The position numbers and the translations under genes were made by a program. This document shows, piece by piece, positions 1 to 7,801 of a DNA stretch of 10,834 bases. The notes under the pieces are model-generated. The model searched no databases. It was given only the letters and a program-made list of their open reading frames with translations, and was not told the origin of the DNA. Origin of the DNA: a bacterium (GTDB lineage Bacteria; SAR324; NAC60-12). Numbering within the stretch: position 1 is the stretch's first letter; each line of letters opens with the position of its first letter. The stretch lies in NCBI GenBank assembly GCA_965233585.1, contig CBDDTI010000501.1, positions 1 to 10,834 on the forward strand, written 5' to 3'.

Positions 1-290
1 GGTGGATCCTATTGCTTTAGAATCACATTACTTGTCAATGCTTTTCATGGGTTAAACCCGGTGTACCCACTTTCAAGGGTGGCGAAATCCGGCCATGTAG
101 GGTGTCCAAGATTGGCCATGGACATGGCAAGGAATTGATTCACAAGCATTGATTGGCAATATGTTGCAATTCTATCCATATATGTTTATATATATATATA
201 TTGGCAATCCTAATTGATATTTTTCTTCAAAATCAATTAACATTGCTATTTGATTCAATGGATATCAAGGGATACTTCATTGTCAGCCAG

Positions 291-359
291 GTTTTTTTTT
301 CGGTTTTAGAAGCTCACCTGCTACGAGCGGAATGTAACTTGGGGATTGTCTCTGGCCAG
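291..359 (+). CDS. Candidate internal exon (phase 0-0), VFFSVLEAHLLRAECNLGIVSGQ
   Basis: Preceded by gccAG|G at 290/291, ends CAG|GC at 359/360 (GC donors are common in dinoflagellates). It is 69 nt, stop-free and joins in frame to exon 873-911. No homology support. Confidence 0.25.
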
Positions 360-872
360 GCGGGATTGCTCCATGTACTGATTGGCGGCCAGACAAGTGT
401 GACTTGCTTAACCCAAACAAACACACGGAACATAATCCAAACACATGGTAAACCTGTAACCCAAACACAAGTGACGGAAAAACCAATTTTTTGATCACCC
501 AAACTACTCATTCAAAACAATGGGACTAGGCACTGGGGATTCTGGGGATGATCAATGGAGATAAATTGTGGGGTATGATATGTTTAAATCATCGTTTTAG
601 CAATGACATGTCATTACATAACATGGTGGTTATATGATGTTATATGCGGTTATGATAATCCATTGATTATCATTTTAGCTATATGACATGTTCTGGCATA
701 GTAAAGTGTAACAGAAAGGAGGAAAACAATTCCAACATAGAGTCTTAGAAAGTGTTTGGAGTTGTTGTTTACATTTATTTAAAGACTAGAGACGCAATCA
801 GCTATGTTTTAGGCCAGTTCACCCAGTTTACACCATACCTATGGGTTATCACCATGGGTTCTCGCACGCCAG

Positions 873-911
873 GATGGGAAGTGCGCGCTGACCTTGGAGC
901 AATACGCGGAG
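873..911 (+). CDS. Candidate micro-exon (phase 0-0), DGKCALTLEQYAE, resembling the second half of a degenerate EF-hand loop
   Basis: GC-rich island in AT-rich flanks. Acceptor gccAG|G at 872/873, donor GAG|GT at 911/912. It is 39 nt and 11 of 13 codons end in G/C. Confidence 0.5.
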
Positions 912-1325
912 GTGGGCTGGAGAGGATTTTCTGGAAGTGTGAGTTAGTATGGGAAATCAGGGAAATAAACATCTTTGGGAAATCAATCCATTCTTAGCGA
1001 AATCTGAGAGATCTTTAGGGATTTTTTTCTCAAAAATGAATGGAAAAAACAAATCATCCGATGAGTTTGGGAACATGGACCCATTGTCGGGCTGATTATC
1101 AAATAGCTCACCCTATGCTCGGTGGTGCTCTAATAATTAGGTGCGCATGTCGGTGACCAAAAATACTGGGGTTGATGGTAATTAGAGCTACAATGAGATG
1201 GGCGAACATCAACAACTTCTAAGTCAGGGGATGCCCTGTAATGTATCAATGGAAACCCTGGTGTTCAACTCCAAAGTGTTTTTCCCCACCTGCCAGGTGA
1301 GGGTTGTTAGATTTTATCACAGTTG

Positions 1326-1411
1326 TTCTCCTCCTCCTCCTCGGCTAGCTATTCCTCCTCCTGCTCCTCCGCCAGCATCTCCTCCACCACCTCTGCCTCC
1401 ACTTCCACGTC
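1326..1411 (+). repeat. Degenerate (CCT/CCA)n pyrimidine-rich microsatellite
   Basis: ctcctcctcctcctc...cctcctcctgctcctcc...cctccaccacctctgcctccacttcc read directly. Confidence 0.85.
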
Positions 1412-1458
1412 CACTGTTTCCTTGCCAACTCTTCGCCAAGCTCTTCGCCAACGTCCGA

Positions 1459-1641
1459 GCTCAGTGTGCACCGCTGGACCTCAACCTGGGACCTTCCCAG
1501 CTCAGTGGGCACCGCTGGACCTCAACCTGCCCAGCTCAGTGTGCAATGGTGGACCTCAACCTGGGACCTTCCCAGCTCAGTGTGCACTGCTGGACCTCAA
1601 CCTGGGACCTGCCCAGCTCAGTGTGCACCGCTGGACCTCAA
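1459..1641 (+). repeat. 41-bp minisatellite, ~4.5 copies (GCTCAGTGTGCACCGCTGGACCTCAACCTGGGACCTTCCCA)
   Basis: Units start at 1459, 1500 (34 bp, 7-nt deletion), 1534, 1575 and 1616 (partial). Confidence 0.95.
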
Positions 1642-1651
1642 AGGCCAGGCG

Positions 1652-2052
1652 GCCAGATAGAATGCCAGAAGATATGCCAGATAGAATGTCAGATAGAATG
1701 CCAGAAGATAGGCCAGATAAAATGCCATGAGATATGCCAGATAGAATGCCAGAAGATATGCCAGATAAAATGTTAGAAGATATGCCAGATAGAATGCCAG
1801 AAGGTATGCCAGAGAGAACGCCAGAAGATTTGCCAGATAGAATGCCAGAAGATATGCCAGATAGAATGTTAGAAGATATGCCAGATAGAATGCCAGAGAG
1901 AATGCCAGATAAGATGTCAGAAGATATGCCAGATAGACTGCCAGAAGATATGCCAGAAGATATGCCAGGTAGAATGCCAGAAGATATGCCAGATAGAATT
2001 TCAGATAGAATGCCAGGAGATATGTCAGATAGAATGCCAGAAGATTTGCCAG
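1652..2052 (+). repeat. 12-bp minisatellite with alternating variants CCAGATAGAATG / CCAGAAGATATG (24-bp dimer)
   Basis: About 33 monomers in an unbroken 12-bp register. Source of the MPDRMPED, CQIECQKI, SGILSGIS and YLAYLLAF ORFs. Confidence 0.97.
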
Positions 2053-2449
2053 TAACAAAATGGATAAATGTCATGGTATGGATTACACGAAGTAAAGCAA
2101 TTTTGTTTTCTGCAGTCCAAATCGATGTCCCTCTGTTTTGATGATCAATCATTATATTCCAATGTAAGTAGTTCTGGAGATATCCCATCAGGTCCTACCC
2201 CTACATATACACTATTATGTATAGATACTGGGTACCAATACGGGTACATGTTCAGCATATGTTGGGATGTAATGGTTGATTAATTATTTAAAAATGCGCC
2301 CAAGTTCTCAGTTGGTTCAAATATCAATCTCATTATCATTGTAATCACCATACACCCAACAGTCAACCTGGGATGGCAATTAAAAATCAGACGTTCTCCA
2401 ATATTCTTGGCAATTAACCCATGCAAATCCCCTTCAAATCCCCAACAAA

Positions 2450-2523
2450 CCAGCACTTTCCCCATTTTTCAGGTGACTCAATCCGATAAATGACCATGAA
2501 CCCAGCACTTTGCCCATTTTTCA
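2450..2523 (+). repeat. 22-bp direct repeat pair CCAGCACTTT(C/G)CCCATTTTTCA
   Basis: Copies at 2450-2471 and 2502-2523, one mismatch. Confidence 0.85.
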
Positions 2524-2561
2524 ACCCAGACATAGCGGCGGATCACGAGACCGCTACTGAC

Positions 2562-2792
2562 ATGGCCGCTGCTGCTTCGCGACCTGCGGAAGAGCGCCCA
2601 GTGTTGCTTCTGGAAGAGCTGAAGGAGAAGCGCGCAGAGTTGAAGCGGTCTCTGAAACTGGTGTCTCGCACTTTGAAGTCAGAGTCCAAGAAATAAAAAC
2701 GCTTGATACAGAAAGCAGGACGACTTTCGAAGGACGACCTGATGTTCCTCATTGCCCGCCAGCAGAGCCAGCAGCGCCAGCAGGAGTTGTAG
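2562..2792 (+). pseudogene. Intronless small basic coiled-coil ORF (~76 codons) interrupted by one in-frame TAA at 2694-2696
   Basis: MAAAASRPAEERPVLLLEELKEKRAELKRSLKLVSRTLKSESKK*KRLIQKAGRLSKDDLMFLIARQQSQQRQQEL*. GC-rich codons and helical character continue on both sides of the TAA, which lies in a lysine run (AAG AAA TAA AAA). Confidence 0.6.
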
Positions 2793-3071
2793 CTGCAAAA
2801 CTGCACTACAGATGTTTGGAGAAGGTTCAAGGGTGAAGGCCTTTTGGTTCGCAATGGCGCCAGAGAGCGTTAGGGTGGACTGGTGAATCGCAGCACTCTT
2901 GGTGTGAAAAGTGCGTACTGTTTCCAGATTTGGCCGAGTGATCCACATGGCTTGGTATCGGAATCCTTTGATGCCACCTTGCATCCCCATGTTTCAGGTG
3001 AAAAAACCATCTCTGTGGTGACTCCCATCCCATTGTCCCAACCGATGGACGCCGAGAACGAGCGCCTGCAG

Positions 3072-3170
3072 GTCCTCTCCGAAGGCGTCCCGCTGCTGTC
3101 GCGTGGCAAGGCGTACGAGGTCTCCAGTCGCCTCTTTGTGCGGCGCCCCGATGTCGTCACGGGGCCACAG
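3072..3170 (+). CDS. Candidate internal exon (phase 0-0), VLSEGVPLLSRGKAYEVSSRLFVRRPDVVTGPQ
   Basis: ctgcAG|G acceptor at 3071/3072, CAG|GT donor at 3170/3171. It is 99 nt with high GC3 and GC drops soon after. An alternative acceptor tttcAG|G at 2997/2998 (phase 1) would extend it in the same frame. Confidence 0.6.
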
Positions 3171-3218
3171 GTCGATGTGGGGAAGCAACGAAACCTTTTT
3201 GTTCACCAGGAAAAATGC

Positions 3219-3495
3219 TGATTGAACCATTAACAAAATGTGATTTTATGTGATTTAACCATTGAAAAATGGTGATTGACTATCAGGTAATTGAACCCAG
3301 AAACATGTGGATTTCAAATGATTTCACCAAGGAACATGTGGATTTAGCCGAATTTAACCATCAAAGATGGTGATTTAACCATCAAAGATGGTGATTGAAG
3401 AAAAATGTGGATGTAACCATCAACAAAACTGTGATGTAACCAAGAAATATACATGATTTAAAACTGTGGAAAATCCTGTGATTGAACCATGAAAC
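3219..3495 (+). repeat. Degenerate ~21-bp tandem repeat (GATTTAACCATCAAAGATGGT-like)
   Basis: Two adjacent near-perfect copies at ~3352-3392, with many diverged GATT(T/G)AACCA...ATG(G/T)G units around them. Confidence 0.8.
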
Positions 3496-3569
3496 AAGGA
3501 AACAAGTGTGATTAGGTCTAAAAAAAACGCTGGGAAGATGCTGCAAGAAAGGGTGATTTTTTTTCGCAG

Positions 3570-3627
3570 CGATTGCGAGTGTTCGACGTGGTGATGTTTT
3601 TCGCGTCACACAATGGGATCAGCATGG
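3570..3627 (+). CDS. Weak candidate exon, RLRVFDVVMFFASHNGISM(G)
   Basis: Pyrimidine tract plus cgcAG at 3568-3569 and donor G|GTAAG at 3627/3628. Open in phase 0 after exon 3072-3170, but it lacks the AG|G acceptor of the other candidates. Confidence 0.2.
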
Positions 3628-4009
3628 GTAAGCAACAAACTTAATGTGATTCGTTTATAATCAACATTGGATCACCATTGTTTAATGGTTAAACTTCATG
3701 GTTCCATTTTATAAGCAGCAATTTAAGCATCAAACAATGGAACTTGGACCAGCGAGAGTGGCGATTTCGTCATCTGACAAGTGTCAACAATTGGGATTTC
3801 CAACATATGGATTGGTCTGGCATTTCAAACAGGAGAACCTCGGTCTCAATCCTTTAGAATTCAGGGTGCCCCCATTGTCACAAACTAATATGATTGGTCA
3901 TGTTTAGTACTATCCAATCCACTTTTTCTCGGTTAAATCACCTCACACTGTTGGTCCTTTCAAAATTAGTCTGATTTTTGCGGGTGAAATTAACCTTTTG
4001 TGAAGGCAG

Positions 4010-4106
4010 TCCGGTAAACTAACATGGCTATTGAACATAGCCCATTTATAGTTGATTTACCTATTATAAGTGGTGATTTTCCATAGTTATGTTAGTTTAC
4101 CAGAGG
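4010..4106. mobile_element. ~95-bp MITE-like palindromic element
   Basis: GGTAAACTAACAT (4013-4025) and ATGTTAGTTTACC (4089-4101) are perfect 13-bp inverted repeats, extending imperfectly inward (ggctattgaa / ttccatagtt). Non-coding AT-rich interior, eroded left end, no clear TSD. Confidence 0.75.
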
Positions 4107-4210
4107 CTATGCAAAGCAGTAATGCAATGCTACATCGTGCAAAGCGCTGTCATCATGCAATGTATATTATGGCATTGCACGCGGGTTCGGGTACACGCGC
4201 GGACCCTGAA

Positions 4211-4712
4211 AAGCGTCAAAGCCGCAAAGCCGCCATGGAACGCTCAAGCCGCAAAGCCGCAAAGCCGCCATGGAACGCTCAAGCCGCAAAGCCGCAAAGC
4301 CGCAAAGCCGCCATGGAACGCTCAAGCCGCAAAGCCGCAAAGCCGCCATGGAACGCTCAAGCCGCAAAGCCGCAAAGCTGCCATGGAACGCGCAAGCCGC
4401 AAAGCCGCAAAGCCGCCGAGCCGCAAGCTCTGCGACTCATGCGCCGCCTCCTGCGTTCATCGCCGCTGCGTTGCCACCGCCATGGATCGCTGAAGCCGCA
4501 AAGCCGCAAAGCCGCAAGCTCTGAGACGCAGGCGCCGTCTCCTGTGTTCATCGCCGCTGTGTTGCCAGAGCGTCAAGAAGCGTCAAAGAGCCGCAAAGCG
4601 CCAAGGCGTCGAAGCACCACGAAGCGTCAAAGCGGCAAAGCTTCAAGAAGCGCCAAAGCGTCAAGAAGCGTCAAAGCTTCAAGAAGCGGCACAGCGCCGA
4701 AGCGTCAAAGAG
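4211..4712 (+). repeat. 9-bp GCCGCAAA(A) array with 18-bp CCATGGAACGCTCAAGCC inserts, grading into a GCGTCAAGAA/GCGTCAAA array
   Basis: Five CCATGGAACG copies between 4233 and 4390, a ~57-bp segment duplicated at 4420 and 4511, and repeated AAGCGTCAA variants at 4568-4710. Confidence 0.92.
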
Positions 4713-4721
4713 CCGCCAACG

Positions 4722-4813
4722 AAAGGCTGGCTGTGCTTAGAAGGGGACGGGCTTGCTTACGGAAAGAGGTCTGCAACCAAAGGCTGGCTGTATTTAGAAG
4801 GGGACGGGCTTGC
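4722..4813 (+). repeat. 35-bp direct repeat pair AAAGGCTGGCTGT(GC/AT)TTAGAAGGGGACGGGCTTGC
   Basis: Copies at 4722-4756 and 4779-4813, two mismatches, period 57. Confidence 0.92.
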
Positions 4814-5014
4814 ATATTGCGAGACAATTCGTAGCGAATTCCGAAGAACAATGGCAGATGTTATGGCAACCCCCAAAAGATTGAAACGTAGCATTCGACT
4901 AAACGAATGGCAATTTTCCTTCCTATTTGGTTGAAAGATATTATCTACAACGTCCCCCCCGGTGTGATAGACAGTCCCGGCCTATGCGACACAGACCTTG
5001 CAAAAGCAACTTTA

Positions 5015-5525
5015 AACAAGAACAAGAACAAGAACAGCAACAACAACCACAACCACAACCGCAACAACCACAACCACAACAACCACAACCACAACCACAA
5101 CAACAACCACAGCCACAACCACAACCACAACTAAAAACAACAACAACAACAGCAACAGCAACAGCAACAACAACAACAGCAACAGCAACAGCAACAACAA
5201 CAACAGCAACAACAGCAACAACAGCAACAACAGCAACAACAGCAACAACAGCAACAACAACAGCAACAGCAACAGCAACAACAAGAACAAGAAGACAAAG
5301 AAGAATAATAATAAGAGGAAGAAGAAGAAACAGAAGAAGGAGAAGAGGAAGAAAAATAACAAGACAAAGAACAAGAACGCATAGAACAAGGAGAACAATG
5401 AGAACAAGATGGAGAACAAAATGAAGAACAAGAACAAAAACAAGAAACAGAACAAGATCAAGAACAAGAAGAAGAACACAACCACAAGAACAAATCTAAG
5501 AACAAGAACCACAACACCAACAACA
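5015..5525 (+). repeat. Compound microsatellite: (AACAAG)n, (AACCAC)n, (AAC/AGC)n, then AAG/AACAAG-rich
   Basis: Read directly. Produces the poly-Q/T/C/L/V ORFs. Confidence 0.97.
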
Positions 5526-5529
5526 GGAA

Positions 5530-5810
5530 GTCCTTAACTTTCGATCATCCTTGATGCTACGCTGCAAGATCTTGCCCTTGATTTTCGAACAACTTTGATG
5601 CTACGCTGTCAGATCACAGCCTGATCTTGCAATCATCTGGGATGCTACCGTGTAAACATTTTGTCCTTAACTTGCAAATCTTTGTTGCTACAAAGTAAGA
5701 TCTTGTCCTTAGCCTTCAAGCATGTTGGATGCTACGCTCCAAGATTCTGTCTGTCTTGTCCCTAACCCTCAAACATGTTGGATGATACGCTGTAAGTTCT
5801 TGTCCTTAAC
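5530..5810 (+). repeat. ~44-bp satellite array 1 (consensus CTTGTCCTTAACTTTCAATCATCTTGGATGCTACGCTGTAAGAT)
   Basis: About 6 diverged head-to-tail monomers with recurrent GTCCTTAAC and GATGCTACG cores. Confidence 0.92.
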
Positions 5811-5812
5811 GG

Positions 5813-6180
5813 ACAAGAACCAGAACAAAAACAAAAACCACAACCACAAGAACAATATCAAGAGCAATAACCACAACATCAACAACAGTAACAACAACAA
5901 CAACAAGAGAACAAAAACAAGAACAAAAACAATAGCAATAACAGGAACAAAAACAATAACAATAACAATAACAAGAACAACAACAACACCAACACCAACA
6001 CCAACAACAACAACAGCAACAGCAACAGCAACAACAACAACAGCAACAGCAACAGCAACAACAACAACAATCAGAATAACAAGAATAAGAAGTGCTAATA
6101 AAAAACAAGAGCACAAACAACAATAACAACTTTAATAACAAGAACAAAAACGAAAACCAGAACAAGATAAATAATAGCAA
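5813..6180 (+). repeat. Compound AAC-type microsatellite block 2
   Basis: AAC/AAT/AGC/ACC triplet variants; both ends match those of block 6967-7178. Confidence 0.95.
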
Positions 6181-6964
6181 GTTCTTGGAAGATCTGGATG
6201 CTACCCAAGAAGATTTTGTACTGAACTTTCAATCATCTTGTATGATTTTGGTTGCTATGGAGTAAGACTTTATCCTTTACATTCAATCATCTTGAGTGTT
6301 ACGGTGTAAGATCGTGCCCTTGACATTCAATCATCTTGGACGCTACGCTCGAAGCGCTTGTCCTTAACTTTGAACATCTTGGATGATATGCTCTAAAATC
6401 TTGTCCTTGAATTACAAACATCTTGGATGCTTCGCTGTAAGATTTTACCCTTAATTTTCAATCACCTTTGATGCTACGGTGTAAGATCGTGCCCTGAACT
6501 TTCAATCCTCTTGAATGCTACTGTGTAAGCCTTGTCCTTAACTTGCAAACATATTGGATGATACGCTGTAAGGGGGTGTTGGATGGTACGCTGTAAGCTG
6601 TTGTCCTTAGCCTTCAAACATCTTGGATGCAAGCATGTAAGATCTTGTCTATAAATTACAAACATCATTGGTGCTTCGGCGTAAGATCTTGTGCTTTCAA
6701 ACATCTTGGGCGCTACAGAGTCAGATCTTGTCCTTAACTTTCGATCATCCTTGATGCTACGCTGTCAGATCGCAGCCTGATCTTGCAATCATCTGGGATG
6801 CTACCGTGTAAGATTTTGTCCTTGACTTGCAAATCTTTGTTGCTACGAAGCAAGATCTTGTCCTTAACCTTCAAACATGTCGGATGCTACGCTCCAAGAT
6901 TCTGTTTGTCTTGTCCCTAACCCTCAAACATGTTGGATGATACGCTGTAAGTTCTTGTCCTTGA
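6181..6964 (+). repeat. ~44-bp satellite array 2
   Basis: About 17-18 diverged monomers of the same consensus. 6731-6964 duplicates 5531-5810 minus one monomer. Confidence 0.93.
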
Positions 6965-6966
6965 CG

Positions 6967-7178
6967 AACAAGAACAAGAACCAGAACAAGAGAAAGAACC
7001 ATAACCACAAGATCAGAAACAAGAACCACAACATCAGCAACAACAACAGCAGCAGCAACAACAAGAACACAAATAACAATGACAATACACAATAGTTAAA
7101 CAACAAGAGCAAGAACAGCGATAACAACATTAACACCAAGAACACGAACGAAAACGAGAACAAGAGAAATAATAACAA
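6967..7178 (+). repeat. Compound AAC-type microsatellite block 3
   Basis: Shorter homologue of 5813-6180 with the same flanking satellite monomers. Confidence 0.95.
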
Positions 7179-7801
7179 GTTCTTGGAAGATCTGGATGCT
7201 GCCCAAGAAGATCTTGTCCTGAACTCTCAAGCATCTTGTATGATTTTGGTTGCTATGGAGTAAGACTTTGTCCTTAACTTTCAATCATCTTGGGTGCTAC
7301 GCTCGAAGAGCTTGTCCTTAACTTTGAACATCTTGGGAGCTATGCCCTAAGACCTTGTTCTTGAATTACAAACATCTTGAATCTGGGATGCCACGCTGTA
7401 AGACCTTGCCCTCAATCTTTAAACACCTTTGATGCTACGGTGTCAGGTCTTGTCCTTAAGTTCTAAACATGTTTGATGCTACTTTGCAAGATCCTCTCCT
7501 TAACTTTCCAGCATCTTGGATGTTACGGTGCAAGATTCTGTCCTTAACTTTCAAACATGTTTGATGCTATGCTGAAAGGCCTTGTCCTTAACTTTCAATC
7601 ATTATGGATTGTACGGTGTAAGATCTTGTCCTTAACTTTCAACCATCTTGGACAACACGCTGTAAGACCTGTCCTTAACTTTCAATCATCTTGGGTGCTA
7701 CGCTGTCAGGTCTTGTCCCCAACCTTCAGACATGTTGGATGATACGCTGCAAGTTCTCGTCCTTGCCTTACAAAAACAAAAACCGCAACAGCAAAAACAA
7801 G
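7179..7801 (+). repeat. ~44-bp satellite array 3, ending in a truncated AAC-type block (7770-7801)
   Basis: 7179-7379 duplicates 6181-6425 minus one monomer. The final monomer CATGTTGGATGATACGCTG(C)AAGTTCT matches those preceding blocks 2 and 3. Confidence 0.92.

Larger units (their letters stand above)
1279..2104 (+). mobile_element. Non-autonomous modular repeat element (Helentron/DINE-like architecture) carrying internal tandem arrays
   Basis: Starts in a T-run with hairpin CACCTG-C-CAGGTG (1287-1299), then a CCT-rich tract, a 41-bp array, a 12/24-bp array and a short unique tail ending GAAGTAAAGCAATTTT in a T-run. Sharp compositional boundaries. The superfamily is an inference. Confidence 0.6.
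4108..5010. mobile_element. Putative non-autonomous GC-rich element with hairpin-rich ends and internal 9-bp-based arrays
   Basis: Two adjacent hairpins at 4156-4206, arrays at 4211-4712, a 57-bp-spaced duplication at 4717-4813, and a unique hairpin-containing segment at 4810-4998. Boundaries uncertain; it may be one unit with the downstream satellite block. Confidence 0.4.

Noticed and set aside
314..410. Minus-strand exon ending at CAG|GTGAG (~319)
   Set aside because: No convincing acceptor, the most codon-like frame stops just before the donor, and it conflicts with the + strand exon chain.
1198..2188. Long overlapping ORFs (MPDRMPED, CQIECQKI, SGILSGIS, YLAYLLAF)
   Set aside because: Open in several frames on both strands only because of the 12-bp repeat. 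No non-repetitive domain, and the MPDR frame has a TGA at 1728-1730.
2502..2530. Possible relict dinoflagellate spliced leader upstream of the intronless ORF
   Set aside because: Only CCATTTT matches the DinoSL (CCGTAGCCATTTTGGCTCAAG); the diagnostic GGCTCAAG is absent.
4070..4834. 254-aa K/R/A/S-rich ORF resembling a histone H1 or protamine-like protein
   Set aside because: Starts inside the palindromic MITE-like element, and the same peptide appears in three frames because of the 9-bp register.
5760..5769. Telomere-like CCCTAACCCT (also at ~6915)
   Set aside because: Fewer than two units, and it is a variant of the satellite GTCCTTAACTTT core.
4907..7284. Poly-Q/T/N/C/L/V ORFs
   Set aside because: Translations of AAC-type microsatellites.
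5530..7768. CRISPR-like regular repeats (also the 41-bp array at 1459-1641)
   Set aside because: Monomers are head-to-tail and diverged along their whole length, with no unique spacers and no cas genes.
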